Source: Dehalococcoidia bacterium (GTDB taxonomy: Bacteria > Chloroflexota > Dehalococcoidia > Bin125). Taken from it: a DNA stretch of 64,000 nucleotides. The DNA lies in the NCBI GenBank assembly GCA_965243125.1, contig OZ251529.1, positions 1,346,492 to 1,410,491 of the forward strand. The letters run 5' to 3'. The stretch's first letter is position 1. Each line of letters begins with the position of its first letter. Below the pieces are notes generated by a model. That model saw only the letters and a program-made list of their open reading frames with translations. It had not been told where the DNA came from and ran no database searches. Of this stretch, positions 9,737 through 20,519 are shown in pieces. The position numbers and the translations under genes are program-made.

Positions 9737-11152
9737 ATGGCCGACCAACAAGACATCGCGCTGATGGCGCACCTGATGCGCCGCGCCGGCTTCGGCGCGG
9801 ACCGCGACGAACTCGAACGCCGCGTCGCCCAGGGCTACGAAGCCGTCGTCGAAGAACTCGTTGACCCGCCCGACAATGTGCCGCGCGCCGACATCGACGA
9901 GCTCTTTCGCTACATGCCCTCGCTCGCCTCCGGCGGGCCGGTCACCACGCCCGGCGCGGCCAATTGGCTCTTCCACATGGTCAACACCCAGCGCCCGCTG
10001 GAAGAGAAAATGGCGCTCTTCTGGCACCATGTCTTCGCCACCGGCAACTCCAAGGTTGACAACGACAACCACCTGATCGCCCAGATCGACATGTGGCGCG
10101 ATCACGGCACCGGCAACTACCGCGACCTGCTGATCATGCTCGCCCAGAACCCGGCCATGATCTACTGGCTCGACAACCACGAAAACCACAAGCGCGCGCC
10201 CAACGAAAACTGGGGCCGCGAGCTACTCGAACTGTTCTCCCTCGGCGTCGGCCACTACACCGAAAAAGATGTCTTCGAGTGCGCCCGCGCCTTCACCGGC
10301 TGGACAATCGGCCCCAAAATGCCGCGCGTCCCCAACCACCGCTTCTTCTTCCAGTACGAGTTCCGCCCCGAAGAGCACGACTACGGCGAGAAGACCTTCC
10401 TCGGCCGCACCGGCAACTTCGACGGCCTCGACATCATCGACATCATCCTCGAACAGCCCGCCTGCCCGCGCTTCATCTGCCGACACCTCTACAACTTCTT
10501 CGTCGCCGACGAAACCCAGGTCCCCGCCTGGAACATCGAACCGCCGCGCGACCCGGAGGCCATCGAAGAGCTCGCCGGCGTCTTCGTCGACTCCGGCTTC
10601 GAGCTCAAGCCCGTCCTGCGCGTGCTCTTCAACGCCGACTTCTTCAAGGAGGCGATGTTCGAGAAGGTCAAAAGCCCCGTCGAGGTCGTCGTCGGCACGC
10701 TCCGCCTGACCAAAGACCTACAGGGACCGCAGCCCGAACTGCCCGCCGTCGGTCAGGAATCGGCGCACATGGGCCAGAGCCTGCACAACCCGCCCAGCGT
10801 CGAGGGCTGGCAGACCGGCCGCGACTGGATCAACAGCGGCGCCGTCGTCGGCAGAATCAACTTCGTCGCCGACCGTGTCAGCAACACCGATCTGCCCGGC
10901 GTGCAGCGCATCATTGAGCGCGTCGCCGCCTCCAACGGCAGCGAAATGTCGCCCGACCAACTCGTCGACCAGTGCGTCGACCTGATCGGTCCGCTCGACG
11001 TCTCTGAGCGCACGCGACTCGAGCTGATCAACCACGCCGCCGAGGAGGGCGAGCTCTCCTGGGTCGGCGGCGACGCTCACCAGCGCTCCTCCGAGCGCGT
11101 TGGCGAAATGCTCGCCCTGATCGCCGCCACTACCGAGTACCAGTTCGGCTAA
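9737..11152 (+). CDS. DUF1800 family protein
   Basis: HLMRRAGFG, LEEKMALFWHHVF, PNENWGRELLELFSLGVGHYTEKDV, ARAFTGW. Confidence 0.9.
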   Translation: MADQQDIALMAHLMRRAGFGADRDELERRVAQGYEAVVEELVDPPDNVPRADIDELFRYMPSLASGGPVTTPGAANWLFHMVNTQRPLEEKMALFWHHVFATGNSKVDNDNHLIAQIDMWRDHGTGNYRDLLIMLAQNPAMIYWLDNHENHKRAPNENWGRELLELFSLGVGHYTEKDVFECARAFTGWTIGPKMPRVPNHRFFFQYEFRPEEHDYGEKTFLGRTGNFDGLDIIDIILEQPACPRFICRHLYNFFVADETQVPAWNIEPPRDPEAIEELAGVFVDSGFELKPVLRVLFNADFFKEAMFEKVKSPVEVVVGTLRLTKDLQGPQPELPAVGQESAHMGQSLHNPPSVEGWQTGRDWINSGAVVGRINFVADRVSNTDLPGVQRIIERVAASNGSEMSPDQLVDQCVDLIGPLDVSERTRLELINHAAEEGELSWVGGDAHQRSSERVGEMLALIAATTEYQFG

Positions 11153-11194
11153 CCCCAGCAAACAGAGCAGACACAACCCACGGAGGCTCGCGCC

Positions 11195-12346
11195 ATGACC
11201 ACCGCCACTAAAGACCCCGTCCTGGTCGTCGTCCAACTGACCGGAGGCAACGACTACATGAACAGCGTCGTGCCCTACGCCGACGGCCACTACCGCGACG
11301 CGCGCAACGGCGCGTTGTGCATCGACGAAGACGAGGTGCTCAAGATCGACGACCGGTTCGGCTTGCACCCCACCATAGCCCCACTCAAGGAGCTCTACGA
11401 CCAGGGCGACATGGCCCTCATCCACGGCGTCGGCTACCCCAACTCGCCCCGCTCGCACTTCCGCTCAATGGACATCTGGCACACCTGCGAGCCCAACAAG
11501 GTCGGCACCGAGGGCTGGGCCGGCCGCGCCATTCGCGACCTCGATCCGGCCGGCGAAAACCCCGTCACCGGCGTCTACATCGGCCAGGGCCTGCCACGTG
11601 CGCTGGTCGTGCCCGGCGTCCCCGTCGCTTCTGTCGCCGACCTCTCCACCTACGGACTGCTGACCGGCATCGAGCAGGAGCAGCAGCGCGACAAAATGCT
11701 CGAACGCTTCGTCAACATGTATGGCCGCGCCATCGGTACCGGCCCCGTCCAGGAATACCTCGGACGCACCGGACTCGACGCGCTCAAGGGCGCCGACATC
11801 CTCAAAGAAGGCCTCGGCCGCTACAGCTCCGATGTCGAATACGGCACCGAACAGATCTCCCGCAGCCTGCGCGACATCGCCACCATCCACTGCGCCGACC
11901 TCGGCACCCGCCTCTTCTACACCCAACTGATCGGCTTCGACACCCACGCCAACCAGCAGCCCGTCTTCGACAAGCTCTGGACCGACCTCTCCCGCGCCAT
12001 CGCCGACTTCTGGGACGACCTCCGCGCCCACGAGGCCGATGACAACGTCACAATGCTGCTCTTCACCGAGTTCGGCCGGCGTGTGCGCGACAACGGCTCC
12101 GGCTCGGACCATGGCGCCGGCGGCGGCTGCTTCGTGATCGGCCCCAACGTCCGCGGCGGCATGCACGGCGAGTACCCCAGCATCAACCCCAAGGACCTCG
12201 ACCAGGGCGACCTCGTCCCCAACCACGACTTCCGCGGTGTCTACTCCACCCTGCTACAGGACTGGCTCGGCCTCGACCCTGTGCCGATCGTCGACGGCCA
12301 GTTCGAGAAACTCAGCTTCGTCGACCCGCTGGTCGGCGCGGCCTAA
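11195..12346 (+). CDS. DUF1501 family protein
   Basis: LVVVQLTGGND, RSHFRSMDIW, GFDTHANQ, TEFGRR, GSDHG, DFRGVY. Confidence 0.9.
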   Translation: MTTATKDPVLVVVQLTGGNDYMNSVVPYADGHYRDARNGALCIDEDEVLKIDDRFGLHPTIAPLKELYDQGDMALIHGVGYPNSPRSHFRSMDIWHTCEPNKVGTEGWAGRAIRDLDPAGENPVTGVYIGQGLPRALVVPGVPVASVADLSTYGLLTGIEQEQQRDKMLERFVNMYGRAIGTGPVQEYLGRTGLDALKGADILKEGLGRYSSDVEYGTEQISRSLRDIATIHCADLGTRLFYTQLIGFDTHANQQPVFDKLWTDLSRAIADFWDDLRAHEADDNVTMLLFTEFGRRVRDNGSGSDHGAGGGCFVIGPNVRGGMHGEYPSINPKDLDQGDLVPNHDFRGVYSTLLQDWLGLDPVPIVDGQFEKLSFVDPLVGAA

Positions 12347-12374
12347 AACACTCGAAACAAGCGGGAGGTCGGCC

Positions 12375-13391
12375 ATGCTGACGAAATCCGTCGCCGGGCG
12401 CACTTGGCACTACAGCCACTCGATCGGCCACTTCGTCGGCCCCGAGGGCTTTACCCACTCCACGCCGATCGCCGCCACGCGCGACGGCATCATCTACGTC
12501 GCCGACACCGGTCTTGCCGAGTACGGCAGCGTCGGCACGCTCGGCACCGTAATCCGCCGCCTGCGAATCGAAGACGAGTTTCTCGCCGAAATGGGCCGCG
12601 GCGTCACCGTCTGGCCCGAAGGCCTCGCCCTCTGCCAGGACGGCAACATCTGGTGTACCGACGCCTACCAGCACTTCGTCGTCGGCTACGACCGCGAGGG
12701 CAACGAAATCGGCCGCTGGGGCGAGCACGGCTCCGGCGAAGGCCAGTTCAACCGACCCTCCGGCATCGCCTTCGACGCCGACGACACCGCCTTCGTCGTC
12801 GACAGCCTCAATCACCGCGTCCAGCGCTACACCAAGGACGGGCAGTACCTCGGTAGCTGGGGCGACGAGGGCTGCGACGAGGGCCAACTCAGCCAGCCCT
12901 GGGGCATGACGATCGACCAGGAAGGCGCCGTCTACATCGCCGACTGGCGCAACGACCGTGTGCAGAAATTTGCGCCCGACGGCGAGTTCCTCGTCCGCTT
13001 CGGCTCGCGGTTCGACGATGTCGACGACGGCGGCGCGCTCAACCGCCCCGCTGATGTCGCCGTCGACAGCGAGGGCGATGTCTACGTCGCCGACTGGGGC
13101 AACAACCGCGTCCAAATCTACTACCCCGACGGCGACATCATCTGCGGCCTCTACGGCGACGCCCGCGTCTTCTCCAAGTCTGCTCAGGCCGTAATGGACG
13201 TCAACGCCGACTACACGCGCGCCTTTCACCGCGTCAACCCCTACGAGCTGATCAACCTCGGCAAGTTCGACCGCCCTCGCGGCATCGCCATCGACGGCCA
13301 GGACCGCATCGCCGTCGTCGACGGCGCGCGTGGCCGCGTGCAGGTCTACACCAAGGATCACGATTACCTGATCCCCCAGTTCAACGCCTGA
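12375..13391 (+). CDS. NHL-repeat beta-propeller protein
   Basis: Repeats FNRPSGIAFD, LSQPWGMTID, LNRPADVAVD, FDRPRGIAID; GGAGG RBS before ATG 12375. Confidence 0.88.
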   Translation: MLTKSVAGRTWHYSHSIGHFVGPEGFTHSTPIAATRDGIIYVADTGLAEYGSVGTLGTVIRRLRIEDEFLAEMGRGVTVWPEGLALCQDGNIWCTDAYQHFVVGYDREGNEIGRWGEHGSGEGQFNRPSGIAFDADDTAFVVDSLNHRVQRYTKDGQYLGSWGDEGCDEGQLSQPWGMTIDQEGAVYIADWRNDRVQKFAPDGEFLVRFGSRFDDVDDGGALNRPADVAVDSEGDVYVADWGNNRVQIYYPDGDIICGLYGDARVFSKSAQAVMDVNADYTRAFHRVNPYELINLGKFDRPRGIAIDGQDRIAVVDGARGRVQVYTKDHDYLIPQFNA

Positions 13392-13412
13392 TCGCGCGAA
13401 GGTCCCCATAAC

Positions 13413-14471
13413 ATGAAAATCGTCGAACAACTCGGCGACCGTCGCGTCGATGTCGTCGACGCGCCCGAACCGACGCCCCGCGACGACCTCGTCGTGATCA
13501 AAGTGATGGCGAGCACGATCTGCGGCACCGAAGCCCGCAGCTACCAGTTCGGCAACGAGCGCGGGTCGAGTGACCGCAACTCCGGCCACGAAGCGGCCGG
13601 GATCGTCTGGAAGACCGCTCCCGGCGCGCGCATCGCCGAGGGCGCCCGCGTCGCCATCCACCCCGACCTCGCTCAGCGCTGCGGACGCTGCGTCAACTGC
13701 TACCGCGGCGTCTGGCTGCGCTGCCTCAACCCTCGCCCCACCTTCGACGACTGGCACGGCGCTCACGCCCAGTTCATCCTCCGCGCCGAAGAACACTGCC
13801 TCGCCCTGCCGGACGACATCCCGTTCGAGATCGGCGCAACCCTCGTTGATTGCGTCGGCACGCCCTACCGCGGCATCCGTCGCCTCGGCGTCGACGCCTT
13901 CGACACCGTGCTGATCACCGGCCTCGGCCCGCTCGGCGCGGCGGCGGCGATCCTCTGCCGCGCGCTCGGCGCGCGGATCATCGCCAGCGAGGTCGGCGAG
14001 TACCGCCGCGGGCGCGCCGCCGACTTCGGCGTCGATCACGCAATCGATCCGCAGCGCGAAGACGCCCTCGCGCGGATCATGCAACTCACCGACAACCGCG
14101 GCGTCGATGTCGCCCTGGACTTCACCGGCCTCACCGAGCCGCAACTGCTCTGCCTCGACGCCGCCCGCAGCGGCGGCTCCGTCGGTTTCCTCGGCCTCAA
14201 GTACGACGAAACCCCCGACGGTCCCGTCCCCCGCCCGACGCCTGTCACCGTCGGCGGTCACCTGTTGCCCAAAGAACTCACCCTGATCGGCAGCTGGAAC
14301 GTGACGCCCGATCAATACCTCGAGCTCATCGATCTCGTCCAACGCGGACTCCCCGTTGAGCGCCTCATCACCCACCGCTACCACATCAACGACGCCGCAA
14401 CAGCGTTCCAAACCGCCTTCACCGCACAAGGCGTAAAAGTCGTCATCAACCCCTGGTCCGAGACCGTTTAG
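13413..14471 (+). CDS. Zinc-dependent alcohol dehydrogenase (MDR family)
   Basis: ICGTE, GHEAAG, structural-Zn CGRCVNC...C, GLGPLG. Confidence 0.9.
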   Translation: MKIVEQLGDRRVDVVDAPEPTPRDDLVVIKVMASTICGTEARSYQFGNERGSSDRNSGHEAAGIVWKTAPGARIAEGARVAIHPDLAQRCGRCVNCYRGVWLRCLNPRPTFDDWHGAHAQFILRAEEHCLALPDDIPFEIGATLVDCVGTPYRGIRRLGVDAFDTVLITGLGPLGAAAAILCRALGARIIASEVGEYRRGRAADFGVDHAIDPQREDALARIMQLTDNRGVDVALDFTGLTEPQLLCLDAARSGGSVGFLGLKYDETPDGPVPRPTPVTVGGHLLPKELTLIGSWNVTPDQYLELIDLVQRGLPVERLITHRYHINDAATAFQTAFTAQGVKVVINPWSETV

Positions 14472-14576
14472 CCCCTACCCACACTTGCCCCAACGCCGTC
14501 GCCTCTCCCATTATGCCCGTCCCTTTTCATCGTCACGCCCGCGCTCCTACACCGTCATACCCGCGCCCTCTACACC

Positions 14577-14620
14577 CGTCATACCCGCGCTTGCCGCGGG
14601 TATCTCGACGTGAACAGCAC
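14577..14620 (+). repeat. REP family A copy, preceded by truncated 5'-arm copies from ~14530
   Basis: Core identical to the 3667 copy; lies between convergent genes. Confidence 0.9.
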
Positions 14621-14679
14621 AGCCTCCGTATGAGAGCCCCGGGCATCAACGCGGGTCGGCCGTTGCGCAGCGATCCCCG

Positions 14680-15747
14680 TCACTCCCGCAGCTGCGGAAC
14701 CACCTCCCGCGCAAAGCGCTCGCTGACCCTGGAGTCCGGATCCGCCGGATCCAGCGGCGAGCCGCGCAGGATGAAGCGATCAATCCCCAGCTCCACCAAC
14801 TCCCCCAGCCGCTGCACGCAGTAATCCGGCGGCCCGAATACCCCGAACGACCGCTCAAACTCCGCCGGAATTACCCCTGCCTGCGCGCTCCCCGGCCGAC
14901 CGTGCCCATGCATGTCGTAGGCATCGTGGATCGCGCCGAGCACCGAGCGCTGATCCTCACTCGCCGGCCCCACCACCTCCCCGTACATGTTCGAGAACCG
15001 CGCGAACAGCGACACCTGCCCTGCCCCAATCCGCATCGCCTCTTCCGGATCGTCATGCACCACCAGCGGCAGATACGCCGCAAACGGCATCTCCGGCGGC
15101 AGCCCCGCCGCCTCCCGCGCACGCCGCGCCACATCCATCCCCCAGCGCGTCCGCTCCACATCGCAGCCCACATTCAGCGACACCCGATCCGCGTGCCGCG
15201 CCGCTGCCTCAATCACCCGCGGACCGGTCGCCGCCACATCCACCGGCACCTTCGGCCCCATCGCCCCCATGTAGAAAATGCGGCTCGCCGCCGGCGTGTC
15301 TGCCAGCCCCAGCGCCTCCACATCGCCGCCCTCGAAGCCCACCTCCTCGCCGCGCAGGTAGCCCTGCAGCTCCGCCAGGTAGCGCTCGAACGGATCCACA
15401 GCGTGCGGCGCGAGCCCCAGATGCGCCAGCGCCGAATCCCCACGCCCGATCCCCAGATGCGCCCGCCCGCGGCTCTCCGCCTGAATCGCCCCAATCGCCG
15501 ACGCCGTGATCGCCGGATGCCGCGTGTAGGAGTTGGTCACCCCCGTCCCCAGCTGAATCCGCGAGGTCGCGTGCGCAGCTAGCGCCATCGAGACGTAGCA
15601 GTCCGCGACCAGATTCTGGCTATCGACGTAGACGATCCCGTCGTAGCCGATCTCCTCTGCCCGCACCGCCTGCTGCACCCCGTCGAACACCGACGGATCG
15701 TCGCTCGTCGGACGCCCCGCGCCCATCGTCCAAAACTCGACTGCCAT
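14680..15747 (-). CDS. LLM-class flavin-dependent oxidoreductase
   Basis: AEEIGYDG, IQLGTGVTN, RHPAITA, GRAHLGIGRGDS, AATGPRV; GGAGG RBS before ATG 15747. Confidence 0.9.
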   Translation of the reverse strand: MAVEFWTMGAGRPTSDDPSVFDGVQQAVRAEEIGYDGIVYVDSQNLVADCYVSMALAAHATSRIQLGTGVTNSYTRHPAITASAIGAIQAESRGRAHLGIGRGDSALAHLGLAPHAVDPFERYLAELQGYLRGEEVGFEGGDVEALGLADTPAASRIFYMGAMGPKVPVDVAATGPRVIEAAARHADRVSLNVGCDVERTRWGMDVARRAREAAGLPPEMPFAAYLPLVVHDDPEEAMRIGAGQVSLFARFSNMYGEVVGPASEDQRSVLGAIHDAYDMHGHGRPGSAQAGVIPAEFERSFGVFGPPDYCVQRLGELVELGIDRFILRGSPLDPADPDSRVSERFAREVVPQLRE

Positions 15748-15899
15748 CAGGTGCCTCCAAGTTCGATCTCGTGAGACGAACAATAGCATAGACTCACGGA
15801 CACCGCTTTGCTGCTAATCACCCGCCTTCCAAGTGGTAGATGAGATCTGTGCGAACAGTGTCGCAGGTTGGCATGCCTCACTGCGACGTTGATTCAAGC

Positions 15900-16298
15900 C
15901 TAGTCGTCCTCGATGAGATCGAGAAGTCGCCTATTGGCAGACTCAGCTTCGCTGCGTGCTCTATTCGCTGCCGATTGTTCAGGGCTGTCGAAGAAGAGTA
16001 GCAGTGTGCGCCCTTCTCGCTCTGCAATTCGATCCAGGTCGATTGCAGTTGCCGTCTTGATATCGCGGTCGATTCGCGCCTCGGCGATTCTCTGATTCCG
16101 GTTCCCGGAGGAGTATCCCCCAGATGAGGGTGCAGGATCATCCGATCTCCACAGAGCCCATACTAGCCATGCCAGTGGAGCGTTGATGATCAGAAACGCG
16201 CCGCCATAGCCCAAGAACCCAACGTGGTCTGAGAGAACAGCGGGCAGCCCGAACACGATGCCGAAAAAGACGGCAAGAAAGGAAAGACAGCAGCCCAT
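15900..16298 (-). CDS. Hypothetical small membrane protein in a lower-GC patch
   Basis: Two hydrophobic segments then a charged helical tail; atypical codon use; start uncertain. Confidence 0.5.
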   Translation of the reverse strand: MGCCLSFLAVFFGIVFGLPAVLSDHVGFLGYGGAFLIINAPLAWLVWALWRSDDPAPSSGGYSSGNRNQRIAEARIDRDIKTATAIDLDRIAEREGRTLLLFFDSPEQSAANRARSEAESANRRLLDLIEDD

Positions 16299-16472
16299 CG
16301 ATCCCTCATCTTGGAAGGTCACTGCCAGTGACAGGCGGATCTGACACTGAGGTACGGAGCCCGCATGAGCGAGCATCCGCTTGCGCTTAGACTATGGTGG
16401 AGATACACAGCTGTCAAATCGCGGGCGCGATGCACAGTGTCGCAGTGCAGCGCACCGAATGAGGAGCACAAC

Positions 16473-17504
16473 ATGGTCATGGACAACGCAGACTGGCTGG
16501 CGACCACGATCGAGCCCACCCTCGATCCCGACCTGCCCATCATCGATCCCCACCACCACCTCTGGGACGCCCGCCCCGACGGCCCCCGCGCCCGCTACTT
16601 CCTCGACGAGCTGCTCGCCGACACCGACGACCTCAACGTTCGCCAGACCGTCTTCATCGAGTGCAGCGCGATGTACCGCGCCGACGGCCCGAAGCCGCTG
16701 CGCCCTGTCGGTGAGACGGAGTTCGTCGCCGGCGTCGCCGCCCAGAGCGCCAGCGGACTCTACGACGATGAGCACGGCCAGCTGCGCGCCTGCACCGGCA
16801 TCGTCGGCCACGCCGACCTCACGCTCGGCGCAGCCGTCGGCGAAGCGCTCGACGCCCATCTGGAAATGAGCCCCCGCTTCCGCGGCATCCGTCACCACGC
16901 CAGCTGGGACCCCAGCCCCGACGTGCCCAACTCGCGCATCGAACCCGGCCCGCAGCTCTTCCTCAACGACACATTCCGCGAGGGTTTCGCCGAGCTGGGC
17001 AAGCGCAACCTCAGCTTCGAGGGCTGGCTCTACCACCCCCAAATCCCCGAGCTCACCGACCTCGCCCGCGCCTTCCCCGACACCACGATCATCCTCAACC
17101 ACCTCGGCGGCCCGCTGGGCGTCGGCCCCTACGCCGGGCGCCGCGACGAGGTCTTCGCCGAGTGGCGCGAGTCCATCGCCGAGCTGGCCGCCTGCCCCAA
17201 CGTCGTCGCCAAAGTCGGCGGCATCCAGATGGTGATCAACGGCTTCGGCTGGCACGAGCGCGAAACCGCGCCAACCTCCGACGACCTGCTTGAAGCCAAC
17301 CGCCCCTGGTACGAGCACACCATCGAGTGCTTCGCCCCCTCCCGCTGCATGTTCGAGAGCAACTTCCCCGTCGACAAGCTCTCCTGCGGCTACACCGTCC
17401 TCTGGAACCAGTTCATCAAGCTCACCCAGGACTTCCCGGCGGATGAGCGGAGCCAGCTGTTCCACGACACAGCCCAGCGCATCTACCGCCTCCAGCCCTG
17501 GTAG
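16473..17504 (+). CDS. Amidohydrolase family protein (amidohydrolase_2)
   Basis: IIDPHHHLW, FRGIRH, ILNHLGG, CMFESNFPVDK; GAGGAG RBS. Confidence 0.9.
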   Translation: MVMDNADWLATTIEPTLDPDLPIIDPHHHLWDARPDGPRARYFLDELLADTDDLNVRQTVFIECSAMYRADGPKPLRPVGETEFVAGVAAQSASGLYDDEHGQLRACTGIVGHADLTLGAAVGEALDAHLEMSPRFRGIRHHASWDPSPDVPNSRIEPGPQLFLNDTFREGFAELGKRNLSFEGWLYHPQIPELTDLARAFPDTTIILNHLGGPLGVGPYAGRRDEVFAEWRESIAELAACPNVVAKVGGIQMVINGFGWHERETAPTSDDLLEANRPWYEHTIECFAPSRCMFESNFPVDKLSCGYTVLWNQFIKLTQDFPADERSQLFHDTAQRIYRLQPW

Positions 17505-17509
17505 CGCCG

Positions 17510-17881
17510 TCAATCCGGCTCGCTGTCGGCCGAGGGCACGCCCCTGATTCGGGTGTCGTCGTTCTCGATCACAACGAATAAGCCCGACCAATCGCTGCGC
17601 TCATGAATCGCATCGAGGCAGACCTTGGTCTGCGCCTCCGGTGGTTCGGTGGTGCGCAACAGGATCACGCCGCTGTTGGCAGCCATCCCGCGGTGGAAGA
17701 CCAGTTCGCCAAAGTCCTTGTCATAGGTAAGCAGGATGCGATCCTCGAGGCCGGCCCGCGTCAAGATGCCCTCGTCGGGCGATCCCGGCGCGTCCGTCAT
17801 GATCCACGCGACATCGTGGCCCGAGTCGCGCAGGGCGTCAACGGTGACCGGGTCAATGTTCTCGGCGGCCAGGAAGCGCAC
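17510..17881 (-). CDS. DUF5615 PIN-like toxin (VapC45-like)
   Basis: MRFLAAENI, LRDSGHDV, DEGIL, RILLTYDKDFGEL, GVILLR. Confidence 0.85.
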   Translation of the reverse strand: MRFLAAENIDPVTVDALRDSGHDVAWIMTDAPGSPDEGILTRAGLEDRILLTYDKDFGELVFHRGMAANSGVILLRTTEPPEAQTKVCLDAIHERSDWSGLFVVIENDDTRIRGVPSADSEPD

Positions 17882-17888
17882 GGATGGA

Positions 17889-18362
17889 TCAGGCGCTCAC
17901 GAGCCGCTTCGCCTGTTCCGCTTGGAGCAGTCCGCTCGCGTAGCGGAGACAAGCGAACACATCCGCCGCTGTGAGGTTGGGATACTTCCCGACCAGCTCC
18001 ACCGTCGTCCAGTTGTCGGCGAGACGATCGAGAATGAACTCCACGGAAAGGCGCGTTCCCTTGATGACAGGCTTGCCGACCAGCACCGCCGGGTTGCGTT
18101 CGAGCCGCTTTTCTTGCCCGGTCACGTCTTCCGCTAGACCTCGTTCGCGCTCGCTTGCCGCTTGGACGCACTTGCTTGCATACCGCAGGCAGGCCGGCAC
18201 ATCCTCTCGCGTCAGCCGCGGATACTGCTCGACGAGCTCCTCCACCGTCCAGCCGTCCGCGAGACGCTCAATGACGAGCTGCACCGAAATCTGCGTGCCC
18301 CTGACTACCGGCTTCCCCACCAGAATCTCCGGGTTCAGCTCGATCCGCTCGTCCCAGTCCAT
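17889..18362 (-). CDS. Tandem DUF433 antitoxin (two domains)
   Basis: NPEILVGKPVVRGTQISV...YPRLTREDV..CLRYA occurs twice in the protein. Confidence 0.88.
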   Translation of the reverse strand: MDWDERIELNPEILVGKPVVRGTQISVQLVIERLADGWTVEELVEQYPRLTREDVPACLRYASKCVQAASERERGLAEDVTGQEKRLERNPAVLVGKPVIKGTRLSVEFILDRLADNWTTVELVGKYPNLTAADVFACLRYASGLLQAEQAKRLVSA

Positions 18363-18461
18363 CGCCCGCCTCCTGCTCTCCGTTCCGCCCAGCCTACCCC
18401 GCAGCCGCCCCGCCTGCTCTTCCCCATCGCGTCAGACGCGGTAGACTGGAGCGAGCAACGG

Positions 18462-18536
18462 GCGGGAGTAGCTCAGTGGTAGAGCATCTGCTTCCCAAGC
18501 AGAGGGTCGCGGGTTCGAGTCCCGTCTCCCGCTCCA
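18462..18536 (+). tRNA. tRNA-Gly (anticodon CCC)
   Basis: Acceptor GCGGGAG/CTCCCGC, D arm GCTC-AGTGGTA-GAGC, anticodon arm TCTGC-TTCCCAA-GCAGA, T loop TTCGAGT, encoded CCA. Confidence 0.97.
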
Positions 18537-18573
18537 GCCCAACCAGTCCGCAGATCGCACCAGGGAGAGCGCC

Positions 18574-19758
<1,185 letters not shown>

Positions 19759-19788
19759 CCCAGAGGGGCGGGAGGAACGGCCCCGCCG

Positions 19789-20463
19789 ATGCCCGAGACT
19801 CTCGCTCCGGCGCGTCCGACGCGAGCCGCGCCGCTGCAACCCAGCGCCTTCGCGGCGCTGCGGCTGCCTGCGGAGTGGCTGCTGGATGACGACGCCCTCG
19901 AACAACTCGACCAGCTCAACCCCGGCTGGCGCATCGAACGCGGCTACCGCGGCGAACTGGTGATCAACATGGGCGCGACCGGCTGGAGTCCCAACATCTG
20001 CTCCTGGATCTGCGCGCAACTGCATCTCTGGTCGCACGCTGGCGGCGGCGGGTTCGTGCAGGACTCCAGCGCAGGCTTCAACCTCGACGACGGCGAAGGC
20101 CGCACCCCCGAATGGGAGCCCGACGCATCCTGGATCAGCGAAGCGCAGTTTGAAGCGGCGGGGCGCCATCCGCCGGCCTCCGGATTCTGGAATCTCTGCC
20201 CCGCGTTCGTCGTAGAGGTGGTATCACCGCGCGACTCGCGCCCGGAGCAGCGGCGCAAGCTGGAAGGCTGGCTCTACTTCGGCGCGCAGCTCGGCTGGCT
20301 CGTCGATCCCGAAGCGCGGACCGTGTCGGTCTACCGCCCCGACACGGAGGTCGAGGACCTCAAACGCCCCACGAGCGTAAGCGGCGCCCCGCTGCTTCCC
20401 GCATTCGAGGTCGACTTCACACCAATCTGGCAAATGATTGACGCGGCTGACGGCAAAGAGTAG
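19789..20463 (+). CDS. Uma2 family (PD-(D/E)xK) endonuclease
   Basis: IERGYRGELVI, EPDASWI, PAFVVEVVSPRD, GAQLGWLVDP. Confidence 0.88.
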   Translation: MPETLAPARPTRAAPLQPSAFAALRLPAEWLLDDDALEQLDQLNPGWRIERGYRGELVINMGATGWSPNICSWICAQLHLWSHAGGGGFVQDSSAGFNLDDGEGRTPEWEPDASWISEAQFEAAGRHPPASGFWNLCPAFVVEVVSPRDSRPEQRRKLEGWLYFGAQLGWLVDPEARTVSVYRPDTEVEDLKRPTSVSGAPLLPAFEVDFTPIWQMIDAADGKE

Positions 20464-20519
20464 CATCGGCTCACAGTCTGTTTTCGTCGCCTTGCTGTGC
20501 CCAACGAGGAGCAGCAGCC

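Noticed and set aside
18447-18537. tRNA-Gly as an integration site; also an 8-bp leader (ctggagcg) complementary to the tRNA 3' end
   Set aside because: There is no integrase and no convincing duplicate of the tRNA 3' end (the cccgctccag match at 51841 is short and likely chance). The 8-bp complement could be chance at this GC.
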